64,000 nt of DNA from Camelus dromedarius (taxonomy: Eukaryota). Positions 27,953 to 41,520 of this stretch are shown one piece after another (positions within the stretch are counted from its first letter, which is position 1; each line of letters begins with the position of its first letter). The notes beneath the pieces are model-generated. The model was not told the origin of the DNA. It saw only the letters and a program-made list of their open reading frames with translations, and searched no databases. Position numbers and translations under genes: made by a program. The stretch covers positions 65,598,001 to 65,662,000 of the forward strand of contig NC_087437.1 in the NCBI RefSeq assembly GCF_036321535.1. The letters run 5' to 3'.

Positions 27953-29260
27953 GGGGTGTGTCGGGAAGATGGCGGAGTAGAAGGACGCTCGTAGGTCACC
28001 CTCTCCCACAGATACACCAAGACCCACAACTACAGACCCACTCAGCCAACCAGAGGACCTGTGGAACTCCGACAGAACATCGCCCTCTTCAAAAGATAAA
28101 GACGCCAAAAATCTGGTAGGAGAAAAGGAAAAAAGAAAGAACAAAAGGCAAAGCAGCGCAGGACGGGTCCCGCGGGGAGGGAGCGGCAGGGGAGGACTGG
28201 CGCTCGCTCGCTGGGTCTCCCCTCTCCAACTGAGAGGCCAGCGGGACGGAGGGGTAGCCTCCGAGGCTCGGATCTGTACAGAGCAGCCCTTGACTAACAG
28301 AACTAAGTTAAACGGGCACAGAGGGCCCCCCGGACACCCAGCCTGAGACGCGGGCCGGCAGCCGAGGGCAGGGCCAGCCTGCACAAGCCGGGCGGAGGAC
28401 GGAAGTGGCTGCACGGAGGCAGCCCCATGGGAAAGCAAGGGGCTGCGCGCCGTGGCTGTGGGTGCACAGGGCAGAACAACCTGGGCCCTCCATAAAACAG
28501 CAAGGTTGATGTGCTCTCGGGGGAAGGGTGCACACCCGCATCTCTGAAAACCCGCCGAAAGTTTTCGGGGGAAGAGAGGCGGGGCTCAGGCACAGCCACC
28601 GCCACCATATCCTCCGCGCTGAGCACTCAGGCGGGGGCGGGGGCGAAACCTGCATCCACACCGAAGGGCTTAGCAGCCTCAAAGGCCAGACTGAGACTGG
28701 CCTGCAGCCCGGGGCAGATAGGATTCTTCCATCCTGGTCCCTCAGAGAACTTGCTCCACAAAGACAAACAAGGAGCTGGGTTTTGGCTCAGCGCAGGGAC
28801 AGGGCTGTCCCTCGGTCTTCCCCGAGCCCACCCGCAGAGCGCTGACCAGGGCGGAGCGCCGACCAGGGCGGAGCGCCGCGCAGCCGCACAGATAGCGGAA
28901 CTACCAGCGGCGCAGGTAGAGGGAGAGCGCCCCCCCCCCCCCCCCCGCCTTTCTGGCAGGAACACAGCCCCTGACCGAGGTGCTGGGAGGGGGCACGACC
29001 CGCCCTCCTACCCGGCCAGTCTGCAACAGCTGACTGCGGCATCCGGAGGGGCAGCGACCCGCCTGCCCACAGCAGAGAGGTGCACCTGACCCAGTGTTAG
29101 GAGGAGGCGCGATCTGCTTGCCGACAGGTGCTGGAAGCAGCACAGAAGAGGGCGCCAACGGAGGGCCTCTGAAAACAGCAAGCTGAGCTTCCAAAACAGG
29201 ACGAAGACAGAAAGACTTCACATTAAAAGCACACAGACTCCAGGAGAACACCGACAACCC
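27953..29260 (+). promoter_or_regulatory. L1 5' UTR internal promoter / CpG-rich island with YY1 motif
   Basis: The only CpG-rich stretch in the window. AAGATGGCGG (YY1 consensus) at 27966-27975, 13 nt from the 5' end. 17-bp tandem duplication GACCAGGGCGGAGCGCC at 28844-28877. Confidence 0.85.
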
Positions 29261-29662
29261 CCCCCCCTTTTTTTTTAAATCTGTTTTTACCTGTTCTATT
29301 TTCTATTACTCTCTTAATTTTTACTTCTTAATTCATTTCTATTTCTCTTGGGTTTTGATGTCCTGTTACTGATTAGACACAGGTTTCAAATACATCTATT
29401 CATCCCCCCCCCCTTTTTTTGTAAAGGTTTTAAAAGGACGTCTCAACCCGATTAATACTCTGCTTCAACTCGCTCTTCTATTGTTCATTATACACTGTTT
29501 TCAAACCCTCTTTCTCCCTTCTTTTAAAATTCTTTCTCTCTCTCTCTTATTTTTTTTTTCTTTTTTTCCTAAGTTCTATTCCTAAATAGGCATTAGATAG
29601 ATAAAATACTTAAGGACCAAAATAAACAACTGATACTCCATAAACCACAGTGCCAAAGAGGT

Positions 29663-30565
29663 ATGAGCAAGATGAAGAAGCAGAAAAACCTTTCCCAATT
29701 AAAAGAACAAGAGAAATCCCCTGAAAGAAAGATCAACGAAATAGACATCGATAGCCTACTAGATCAAGATTTCAAAAAAGGAGTGATCGAATTGCTGAAG
29801 GAATTAAAAGAGATAGTGTTTAGAGATATAAAATATGTCAAAAATGAAATTGAAGCTATAAAGAAGAGCCAAGTAGAATGGGTAAACTCATTGACAGAGA
29901 TGAGGAATGATCTAATAGCTGTGCAAAGCCGACTAGATAATGCAGAGGAACGAATTAGTGATCTAGAAGACAGGGCAATAGAAAGCACCCATTCAGAAGA
30001 ACTACAAGAGAAGCAAATAAAAAATAATGAAAATAGCATAAGGGACCTATGGGATAATATAAAGCATGCCAATCTTCGCATAATAGGGGTCCCAGAAGGA
30101 GAAGAAAGATCAAAGGGGATTGAAAAGGTTTTTGAAGAAATCATGACTGAAAACTTCCCAAACTTAAAGAAGGAATCAGATATCCAAGTACAGGAAGCTC
30201 AGAGGGTCCCAAACAGGAAGAACCCAAATAGACCCACACCAAGACATATCATAATCAAGATGGCCAGAGTCAAGGATAAAGAAATGATTCTAAAGGCAGC
30301 AAGAGAAAAGCAAAGAGTAAGTTACAAGGGAACCCCCATAAGGCTCTCAGCTGATTTCTCTACACAAACACTACAGGCCAGAAGGGAGTGGCAAGATATA
30401 TTCAAAGCCCTGAATGAAAAAAAGATGCAGCCTAGGATCCTTTATCCAGCAAGGCTATCCTTGAGGATAGAAGGAGAAATAAAGAGTTTCACAGACAAAA
30501 AAAAGCTGCAGGAGTTTAGCAACACTAAACCCATGCTAAAAGAAATATTGAAAGGGCTATTCTAA
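29663..30565 (+). CDS. L1 ORF1p (coiled coil, RRM, CTD), intact 300 aa
   Basis: Conserved motifs NLRIIGVPEGEE, ENFPNL, PRHIIIK, IRLSADFS, ARREW, YPARLS. Confidence 0.95.
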   Translation: MSKMKKQKNLSQLKEQEKSPERKINEIDIDSLLDQDFKKGVIELLKELKEIVFRDIKYVKNEIEAIKKSQVEWVNSLTEMRNDLIAVQSRLDNAEERISDLEDRAIESTHSEELQEKQIKNNENSIRDLWDNIKHANLRIIGVPEGEERSKGIEKVFEEIMTENFPNLKKESDIQVQEAQRVPNRKNPNRPTPRHIIIKMARVKDKEMILKAAREKQRVSYKGTPIRLSADFSTQTLQARREWQDIFKALNEKKMQPRILYPARLSLRIEGEIKSFTDKKKLQEFSNTKPMLKEILKGLF

Positions 30566-30969
30566 ATAGAAAAGCAGCAGGATGCTACAGAAATGAGAAA
30601 CACACAACTGGAAAGGCGATAACTCATGAATTACAAATAAAGTAAACATGAAATTATAAAAGAAGACATACAAATCACTGAGAGTGGGAGAGGGAGGCAG
30701 GGAAATATAGAATATTTTTTTCTTTCTTTTTAAAATTTTTTTAACAGTAGGATGGGTTTGAGATCATGTTACTATCAGTTTAATAAAGACAGTTATAGTA
30801 ATGGGTTGATAGATTTACAAAAAAGGGTAACCACAAGCCAAAAATTTACAAAGGAGTCACAAAAATTAAATAAAATCCTCGATAATACAAAGGAAAATTA
30901 CCAAACCACAAAAGGAAGAAGAAAGGAACAAAGAGGATATACCAATTCAACTGCAAAGATAAGTTCAAA

Positions 30970-33900
30970 ATGGCAATAAACACACATCTATCATTAATTA
31001 CTGTAAATGTTAATGGACTAAATGCTCCAGTCAAAAGACACAGAGTGGCAGACTGGATAATAAAGCAAGAACCTTCAATATGCTGCATACAAGAGACCCA
31101 CTTTAGGGAGAAGGACACATATAGATTAAGAGTGAAAGGATGGAAAAGGATATTCCATGCAAATGGAAAAGCCAAAAAAGCAGGTGTTGCAGTACTGATT
31201 TCAGACAAAATAAACTTTAAAACAAAGGCCATAAAGAAAGGTAAAGAAGGACATTTTATAATGATTAAAGGAGTGATACAAGATGAGGATATTACACTCG
31301 TTAATATATATGCACCCAATATAGGAGCACCTAAGTACATACAAGAATGACTAACAGAGATAAAGGGGGATATTGATGGGAATACAATCATAGTTGGAGA
31401 TTTTAACACTGCATTAACATCACTAGACAGATCTTCCAGACAGAAAATAAACAAGGCAACAGAGAAATTAAATACTACAATAGAAAAACTAGATTTGGTG
31501 GATATTTTCAGAGCATTACAAAGAAGGATATACATTCTTTTCAAGTGCACATGGAACATTTTCCAGGATCGATCATGTACTTGGGCACAAAAGAAACCTC
31601 AACAATTTTAAGAAGATAGAAATTATCTCAAGCATCTTTACTGACCACAATGCCATGAAACTGGAAATCAACAACAGAGAAACAAAGGAGAAAAAAAGGA
31701 AAGCATGGAGATTAAATAATATGTTATTGAAAAAACAATGGATCAATGAGGAAATCAAAGCTGAAATTAAAAAATACCTTGAGACAAATGATAATGAAAG
31801 CACAACCACTCAAAACCTATGGGACACAGCAAAGGCAGTGCTAAGAGGGAAGTTTATAGTGATACAGGCCTTCCTCAAAAAAGAACAATCTCAAATAAAC
31901 AATTTAACCCACCACCTGAATGAATTAGAAAAAGAAGAACAAAATGTCCCAAAAAGCAGCAGAAGGAAGGAAATAATAAAGATCAGAGAGGAATTAAATA
32001 CAATAGAGATTAACAAGACCATAGAAAAAATCAACCAAACCAAAAGCTGGTTTTTTGAAAAAGTAAATAAAATCGACAAACCTCTGGCCAAACTCACAAA
32101 GAAGAAAAAAGAGCACAAATTAGCAAAATAAGAAAGGAAAATGGAGAAATTACAACAAACAAAATAGAAATACAGAATATCATACGAGAATATTATGAAA
32201 AACTATATGGAACCAAACTGGATAACCTAGAGGAGATGGACAAGTTTCTGGAAACATACTGTCCACCAAAACTGAATCAAGAAGAATCTGAACACTTGAA
32301 CAATCCGATCACTAGAAAGGAAATAGAAATAGCAATTAAAAACCTCCCTACAAATAAAAGTCCAGGACTGGACGGCTTCACCGGGGAATTCTACCAAACA
32401 TACAAAGAAGAACTCATACCAGTCCTTCTCAAACTCTTCCAGATGATTGAAAAGGAGGGAATACTCCCAAACTCATTCTATGAAGCCACCATCAACCTGA
32501 TACCAAAACCAGGCAAAGACACTACAAAAAAAGAGAATTATAGGCCAATATCACTGATGAACATAGACGCCAAAATCCTCACCAAAATTTTAGCAAATAG
32601 AATCCAACAACACATAAAAAAGATTATACATCATGACCAAGTGGGGTTCATCCCAGGGACACAAGGCTGGTTCAACATACGCAAATCAATCAGTGTAATA
32701 CATCACATCAACAAGAGAAAGGACAAAAATCACATGATCATCTCCATCGATGCAGAAAAAGCATTTGATAAAATTCAACACCCATTTATGATAAAAACTC
32801 TCCCCAAAGTGGGTATAGAGGGAACATATCTCAACATAATAAAAGCTATATATGACAAACCTACAGCCAGCATAGTACTCGACGGTGAAAAACTCAAAAG
32901 CTTCCCACTAAAATCTGGGACAAGACAAGGATGCCCACTATCACCACTCCTATTCAACATAGTCCTGGAAGTCCTAGCCACAGCAGTCAGGCAAGAGAAA
33001 GAAATAAAAGGGATCCAAATTGGAAAAGAAGAGGTAAAAGTGTCATTATATGCTGATGACATGTTACTATATATAGAAAACCCTCAAAGGTCCACACAAA
33101 AGCTACTAGAGCTGATTGAAGAATTCAGCAAGGTAGCAGGTTACAAAATTAACGTTCAAAAATCAGTTGCATTTCTTTACACTAAGGATAAATCAACAGA
33201 AGAAGAAAGTAAAGAAACAATCCCCTTTAAAATAGCACCCAAAGTAGTAAAATATCTGGGAATAAATCTAACCAAGGAGGTGAAAGAATTATACACAGAA
33301 AACTATAAACCATTGATGAAGGAAATTAAAGAAGATTTTAAAAAATGGAAAGATATTCCATGCTCTTGGATTGGAAGAATCAATATTGTTAAAATGGTCA
33401 CACTGCCCAAGGCAATCTACAGATTTAATGCAATCCCTATCCAATTACCCAGGACATATTTCACAGAACTAGAAAAAATCATAATAAAATTCATATGGAA
33501 CCATCAAAGACCTAGAATTGCCAAAGCATTACTGAAGAGAAAGAAAGAGGCTGGAGGAATAACTCTCCCAGACTTCAGACAATACTATAGAGCTACAGTC
33601 ATCAAGACAGCATGGTATTGGTACCAAAACAGACATATAGACCAATGGAACAGAATAGAGAGCCCAGAAATGAACCCACAAACTTTTGGTCAACTCATCT
33701 TTGACAAAGGAGGCAAGAATATACATTGGAATAAAGACAGTCTCTTCAGCAAATGGTGTTGGGAAAACTGGACAGCAGCATGTAAAACAATGAAGCTAGA
33801 ACACTCCCTTACACCATATACAAAAATCAACTCAAAATGGATTAAAGACTTAAACATAAGACAAGATACAATACACCTCCTAGAGGAAAACATAGGCAAA

Positions 33901-34752
33901 ACATTATCTGACATACATTTAAAAAATTTTCTCCTAGAAGAAATAAAAGCAAGAATAAACAAATGGGACCTAATGAAACTTACAAGCTTCTGCACAGCAA
34001 AGGAAACCAGAAATAAAACAAGAAGAAAACCTACGGAATGGGAGAAAATTTTTGCAAGTGAAACCGACAAAGGCTTGATCTCCAGAATATATAAGCAGCT
34101 CATATGACTCAATAAGAAAAAAATAAACAACCCAATCCAAAAATGGGCAGAAGACCTAAACAAGCAGTTCTCCAAGGAAGACATACAAATGATCAAAAAG
34201 CACATGAAAAAATGCCCAATGTCACTAATTATCAGAGAAATGCAAATCAAAACTACAATGAGGTATCACCTCACACCAGTCAGAATGGCTGTCATTCAAA
34301 AATCCACAAATGACAAATGCTGGAGAGGCTGTGGAGAAAGGGGAACCCTCCTACACTGCTGGTGGGAATGCAGTTTGGTGCAGCCACTATGGAAAACAGT
34401 GTGGAGATTCCTCAAAAGACTAGGAATAGACTTACCATATGACCCAGGAATCCCACTCCTGGGCTTGTATCCAGAAGGAAATCTACTTCAGGATGACACC
34501 TGCACCCCAGTGTTCATAGCAGCACTATTTACAATAGCCAAAACATGGAAACAGCCTAAATGTCCATCAACAGGTGACTGGATAAAGAAGATGTGGTATA
34601 TTTATACAATGGAATACTACTCAGCCATAAAAACTGACAACATAATGCCATTTGCAGCAACATGGATGCTCCTGGAGAATGTCATTCTAAGTGAAGTAAG
34701 CCAGAAAGAGAAAGAAAAATACCATATGAGATCGCTCATATGTGGAATCTAA
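30970..34752 (+). pseudogene. L1 ORF2p (APE endonuclease, RT, Cys knuckle), disrupted
   Basis: NVNGLN, QETH, GDFN, QGCPLSP, YADD (33049-33060), CWRGC...HCWWEC. Lesions: TGA at 31348-31350, frameshifts near 31520 and 32110, TGA at 34105-34107. Confidence 0.95.
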
Positions 34753-35619
34753 AAAACAAAAACAAAAACAAACAAACAAAAAGCGTAAATAAAGGACAGA
34801 AATAGACTCACAGACAGAGAATACAGACTTGTGGTTACCAGGGGGGTGGAGGATGGGAAGGGATAGACTGGGATTTTAAAATTGTAGAATAGACTACACT
34901 GTATAGCACAGGGAAATATACACAAAATGTTATGATAACTCACAGAGAAAAAAATGTGACAATGAGTGTGTATATGTCCATGAATGACTGAAAAATTGTG
35001 CTGAACACTGGAATTTGACACAACATTGTAAAATGATTATAAATCAATAAAAAATGTTAAAAAAAAAAAAAAAGACCAATATAAAAGATCTGAACAAATG
35101 GAGAAAAAGATCACATACCTGAATGGATAGGAAAAATATTAAGGTATTTATTTCTCCAATTAACTTCTGTATTTAATATATTTTTAAATCAAAATCTCAA
35201 TGCATTTTATGTGTACTGGAGGAGGTAGATAGAGATTCTTAAGTTCAACAAGAAATATATATACTTTAAAAGTGTAGTAAGAAAAAATTAGGTCTACCAC
35301 TTAATAAAACATGTTCTAAATCTGTAATAAATCAGTATACTACTAGGGTTGGACTAGACACCAGTGAATGAAATAGAATTGATATATCTCAGAAGCATAC
35401 CACGACTTTTTGTTGAATTTAATATATGATAAAGAAAACATCTAGAATCACTACGGAAGGAATTAATTATTCAATAATTGGAATTCAGGAAATTAAATAA
35501 CTACTCAGAAAAATAAGTTTAAGTTCTCCATCATGCCACACACACTGATGTTTGATTGAACTCTAAATCTTAGCTTGAATGTTTCAAAAGTGCCACTGTG
35601 TTTCCTACCCTGGAGTTCC

Positions 35620-36075
35620 TTGATAGATGGAAAAGTGACCAAAAATTCTTTCCTTCCAATCAACAGGTAGAGCCTATATTGTCCCGCCCCCTCTACCTTA
35701 GTCACGTGACTTGCTTTGACCAAAAGGATAATAGTACACATGACCCAACAGAGATTTGAAAATTATGATGCACTGGAGACTGGTCTCTTGTTCCTCTTAG
35801 AACCTCAAGACTATCACGTGATCCAGCCCAATCTAGCATAATGGAGAATGAGCAGCCATAGGGAGAAAACCAGTCACAATTGATAGCCAGCACAAACCTC
35901 CAGACATGTTAGTGAGACAATGATAGATCATCTAGCCACCAGCCAATTCAACAGCTGATCCTAGACATGGGAGACAGCTGAGCATGCATCCGTGGTCAGC
36001 TGGTGTGTCCAGATCAGAAAACCTGCCTAGTTAACTCACAGATTCATGACCAAAATAAATGATTATTTGTAAAGT
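35620..36075 (+). mobile_element. Old MaLR (MLT1-type) LTR
   Basis: 'gtcacgtgacttgctttgaccaaaagga' and terminal 'aaataaatgattatttgtaaag' motifs. Confidence 0.65.
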
Positions 36076-36369
36076 CAAAAAAAGAAAAAAGAAAAGAAAA
36101 GAAAAGAAGACATGAGAAAAGAAAAGGAAAGGAAACAAAGCCTTTGGTTTGGCAGTAACAAGATTTTGTAGATAGATCTGCCTATTTTAAAGACTGGCTT
36201 GCCTTTGCTACTAGGCAGGTCTGTCTGAAAAGACTCAAGATAGTCTAAAAGATTCAAGTATTTAAGTGGGTGGAGGTTATGTTCAGGTAAATAAGCAGAA
36301 AGTAAGAGTCAGAACTACTAGTAATAAATTACTTGGCAATAGTGAAACAAGTTATAAAAACAGGCAAAT

Positions 36370-36625
36370 CTGACCCTGGTTTAGAGTTAATTCTCAAGTT
36401 AAACTGACTGGATTTTAAATAATAGCCCTATACATTAGTTATGTAACTTTAGGTAATTTATACAACCTCTCTAAGCCTCAATCTTCCTACCTGATTCATT
36501 AGAATAAGAACAGTTCTTACTTCATAGGGTTGTTATGATGACAATCAGAAGAAGTAATTCCTCTAAAGTGTGTCACAAAGTGCATGACCAGAAGTAGGCA
36601 TACAACAAATTTTCACTATTATCAT
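36370..36625 (+). mobile_element. MIR relic
   Basis: 'aacctctctaagcctcaatcttcctacctg...cttcatagggttgttatga'. Confidence 0.7.
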
Positions 36626-37419
36626 TGCCTCCTTTTATAGTATAATATCAAAAATTATATCAGACATTCATTTTGACTATCCTTGACTTCATCTGGTCCT
36701 TAAAATCCACTTACTCTGTTTAGCATCTCTCAGATTACCATTACCTTCTCCTCCTGACAGGCTGATGATTCAGTCTAGTTAGTGGGGAATATGGGTATAT
36801 TTATATTTATGTATGAGATGAAACATGAAAAAAGTGATTAAAAAAAATTGAAATGCCAAGTTAGCTAAGGCCTATGGAATTGTAAAAAGCCATTAGCTTG
36901 AGCTAGTCTTACTGGCAAGAATAGTTTATGTTTTACCTTATTCAACTGTGTTTCCCTAGGCAAGATAAAGCAGATGAGTCAATAAAAGTAAGCCTCTGCT
37001 TCTAAATAAATTAGTCTCAGAAGAACAAGCTAATGAAAAATAATCCTTTGTTTCTGTTGTAACAACTTTAGGACTAGGAACAAAGCAAGTCATATTTGTA
37101 TTAGATGGAGTAGAATAGAATTATGAGACAAAATAAGCCCTGATTATATACTTAAATTTTTCAGTGACCATGGTAGTTCAATTGATACTTTTAGACTGGA
37201 CTTGATCACTTTGCCTGACTCTAAAATGAGCACTTTCAGCAGACACTGAAAAGCAAACCAAATCATGATTCAAGAGTCATCATCAACATTATACCATTGT
37301 AAAGAAGAATGCCTGCAGCATGAAAACAACACCCTGGAGCCAAGGGAGTAGATCAAGAGGAAGTGGTTTGCACCAATATTTCCTTCTTACACTATTGCCC
37401 ACCTTTTTAAAAAGCATAA

Positions 37420-38525
37420 AGTTAAGAGCACTTAATTGAGCAATCAGCCAAATACAGAATATGGGAAATTCTATAAGACAAATGACCTAGTTTCTCCAAC
37501 TATCAATAGCATGGGGGAAAAGGAAGGGGAATTATTATAAATTAAAAGAATCTTAAGGGACATAGGCAAAGAAATAGAATGTATGGCCTTTGTATCATTA
37601 TTCTAACAATCTATTATAAAAAGACATTTTTGAGACAATCAGGGAAAACTGAAGAAGTAAGTATTAGACATTAAATAATATTAAAGAATTATAATTAATT
37701 TTGCTGAGTAAGATAACATCACTATGGTTGTTTCTTAAATCTTTACATGTTAGCAATATAAACTTAAGTATAACATGTTTCACTGCTAGGTGAAATAATA
37801 AATATCTAGGGACTTGTTTTAAATTACTCCAGTAAATACAAATTGTTTCTATATTCTACAAAATAACCTACACGAACTCTTCAAAAATATCAAGATAATA
37901 GAAGTCAAAGAAAGACGAGTAATTGCCCCCTTTTTAAAGAGAACTAAAAAGACTTGACAGCTAAATATAACATGTGATCGTAGATTAGATCCTGGCTCAG
38001 AACCAAGTTTATTTTTATCTTACCATAAAAGACTTTAGTGAGCCAACTGGCAAAATTTGGATAAAGTCTATATATTAGATAGTAATATTATTCCAATGTA
38101 AGTGTCCTGATTTTGATCACTGTTTTGTGGTTTCATGTTTTTTTTTAAGTCCTTCTCTCAAGAAAATAAAAGCTTATGTATTTAGGGACAAAGGAGCATT
38201 ATGTCTGTAACATACTGTAAAACAGTTCAGAAAATGAGAAAGAATAGTAACTCAAATGTAATAAAATAATATTTGTGGAACCTAGGTGAAGACATAATGG
38301 AATTCGAAGTACTACTTTTGCAAACTTTATGTGAATCAGAAATTATATTTAAATAAAATTTAATAAAATACTCCAATTAAAAAGCTGTGTGAGGAAATTG
38401 AGAATAGACAAAATAAAAACAGCAAAATGTGATAATTATTGAAACTGTGTGGATATATATAGTTTTTACACTCTTTTCTCAATGTTTGTATATATTTGAA
38501 TTTTTCCGTATAAAAATTTTTGTTA
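37420..38525 (+). mobile_element. Ancient L1 3' UTR fragments (L1MC/ME-like)
   Basis: 'aaagacatttttgagacaatcaggga' and 'cctgattttgatcactgt' motifs. Confidence 0.55.
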
Positions 38526-39967
38526 AAGAATGCTCAGTTAGCCAAATCAGAGGGTAAATAGGATTTCGTGTTTTCAATTTCTTTATCTATCTCAAAAATC
38601 CTCTGGAATATAGACTATTCTACCAGTCAGATTAGCACTGTCATTCAGAGAGAAATCAGAAAAAAGAATTGAAATACCTTTTAAGAATTCAAAGAAACTT
38701 AAAAAATCTCACTAAATATAGTTGTCCAAAGCTACACTATGTAGAAGAGATTCATATGTTTCTTATTAGTATTGGTTTTCATAAGGAAAACATCAAATAT
38801 ACCTCATATCTTCAAATAAGTACGGGTAAGAAGGATATTGTACAAAGGAGTGTTCATATAGCAGGGGTGTTTCCTCTCTACTGTGTACTCTTTACAACAC
38901 TATTTTATCAATGTCTTAGGGTTTAATATAGGGTATTTTGATTTTAGAAATTGTTTTGACTCAATGCCAACAAAAACTAAAACTGAAGGTGGCACTGATC
39001 AGCTTAGGGTAACATTTATGGATTAGGAAAATAAAAAAACAACTAAAACTCACTCAAATTACTTTGTAAACTACCATATTGTGTATCCATAGTGTTTTCA
39101 GTTAATCAAACAGTGCTTCATATCATAACCCTTCATCCAAAACAAAGATCCTCTCATATTCCCTCATTGCTTCCTGAGCACCTCTTTTTATCACAGAGAC
39201 AATGAGGGTCCATTCCAAGAAAACAACAGTAAAACTTACATCGTAAGTTCAAAAACATCCATATTCCCCAAAAGATAACTTTAGGTGTCCCAATAACTGA
39301 CCCAAAGTAGGCTGACTGAGTTTGCCCATAAAGTTCTCTTATTATTTCTAGCTTAGAAAAAGCAGAGAAGTTCATTCACCAAATATTCACAGAATCTTAA
39401 TTCCTAAGTCTTAAGTTCTTGTTATTTCTTTTGTTAAGGAGACTAAGAGAAGATCACTATCTAATTTTCCTTTCAGAACAAATTCCAAATATAAAAACCA
39501 AGGAATGATTGAGTTGCTTGCAAAGTAATTATCCATTGTTAATTTACTATGAAAATTAGGCAGGTAGTAGAGAAAGGAAAATTGAACTGATTTACCTTTT
39601 CACAGTAAACCTAGCAATAGCTTTCAACTTATTTTTCCTCTTTTTACTTAACTTCACATATCTCAAAAGGCATTTAAATATCAGCTTTCTTCTAGATTAG
39701 TATCAAACAAAAAAACCATTGTAAGAAGCAATTCTATTCAAAACAAAAAACAACTTAAAACAAGACAAATAAAATTCTAGAATGAAACCTAGCAAAAATG
39801 TGTATTTAAACAATGATCAAAAAATATTTTAAAACTGTAAAACATTCCTGGTCAATATAAAAAAAAAATAACTAGAGAGGCATACCATAAAATCAGAAGA
39901 TTCAATTGTCAAAAGATGCCAAGCTTTCCCCAAATTAACATTAAAATGCAATGCAGTACAAACAATC

Positions 39968-40838
39968 AATAGGCACATGAAAAAATGCTCAATATCACCA
40001 ACGACCAGAGAAATGCAAATCAAAACTACAATAAGGTATCACCTCAGACCAGTCAGAATGGCCATCATTCAAAAGTCCACAAATAATAAATGCTGGAGAG
40101 GGTGTGAAGAAAAGGGAACCCTCCTACACTGCTGGTGGGAATGTAACTTGGTACAGCCTTATGGAAAACAGTATGGAGGTTCCTTAAAAGACTAAAAATA
40201 GATTTTACCATATGATCCAGCAATCCCATGCCTGGGCATATATCCAGAGGGAACTTTAATTCAAAAAGATACCTGCATTCCAATGTTCACAGCAGCACTA
40301 TTTACAAAGCCAAGACATGAAAATAACCTAAATGTCCATTGACAGATGATTGGGTAAAGAATTTGTGGTATATTTATACAGTGGAATACTACTCAGCCAT
40401 AAAAAATGATAAAATACCATTTCTAGCAACATGGATGGCCCTGGAAAATATCATTCTAAGTGAAGTAAGCCAGAAAGAGAAAGAAAAATATATCACTCAT
40501 ATGTGGGAACCTAAAAAAAAGAAAAAGACAAATGAACTTATATATAAAACAGAAACAGACTCACAGACATAGAATACAGACTTGTGGTTGCCAGGGGGCA
40601 GGGAGGTGGGAATGGATAAACTGGGAGTTTGAGATTTACAGATACTGACTGCTATATATAAAATAGATAAACAAGTTTATACTGTATAATGCAGGGAAAT
40701 ATATTCAATATCTTGTAGTAGTTTATGGTAAAAAAGAATATGAAAATGAATATATGTATATTTATGTATGACTGAAGCATTGTGCTGTTCACCAAAAGTT
40801 GATACACTGTAAACTGACTACAACTCAATTTAAAAAAA
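39968..40838 (+). mobile_element. 5'-truncated L1 (ORF2 end plus 3' UTR)
   Basis: MKKCSISP...[18 protein letters not shown], 3' UTR and A tail. Confidence 0.9.
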
Positions 40839-41520
40839 TGGATCAACAATCTAAATATAAGAGCTAATACCACAAACTCTTATATAAGACATCAAAAGCA
40901 CAGACGAAAAATAAATAAATAAATTGGACTTCATCAAGATGACAAACTTCTGTGCTTAAAAGTAGATTATCAGCAAAGTAGATAATTGACAAGATGACAT
41001 ACAGAATTGGAAAAAATAAAACACCCACTTAGGGTGGCTATTAAAAATAAAAGTCATGATAATATAAATGCTAAGAACCAACTATAAAGCAATATACTAT
41101 ATAGAAAGCAGAAAAAGTTCTTGTGAAATAACTCTTTGTATCATATGAGAAAGTAAATTGATAATATAAGTCGATTTACAAGAAATAACAGTATAGTCAT
41201 ATAATTTGGCACATAAAATTAAAATGGCTAAGCAAGTAAAAACTACCTCTGTGGCAAAACTAGGAAACAGGACAGGGGCTTAAAGGTATATTAATTTTTT
41301 TGAAAGCATGTACATGTTTTTACACCATGATGACTTTTCTTAATAAATAAAAATAAAAGTTGATATAATTTTTTGCTCATTCTGTTCTTATTATCCAGGT
41401 GCTTATGCGAAAATAAATAAAACTATCCACATAACTCCTGTATGCTTAAAGTTTACTTACAGTTTAAATCACATTTAACTTTCATTCTTGTAATAAAGAA
41501 AGCTATATTTCTTTAATAAA

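Larger units (their letters stand above)
27953..35068 (+). mobile_element. Full-length young LINE-1 (~7.1 kb), antisense to STXBP5L
   Basis: GC-rich 5' UTR, ORF1, spacer, ORF2, 3' UTR with AATAAA and poly(A). Perfect TSD AAAAAGACCAATATA at 27938-27952 and 35069-35083. Confidence 0.98.

Noticed and set aside
27932..29257. Several 100-190 aa ORFs on both strands of the L1 5' UTR (ORF0-like?)
   Set aside because: Expected in GC-rich, stop-poor sequence. Several start at non-ATG codons and there are no recognisable domains.
29764..35021. Minus-strand ORFs over L1 ORF1/ORF2 (e.g. 237 aa at 30846-31559)
   Set aside because: Antisense shadows of A-rich L1 coding sequence, a common artefact.
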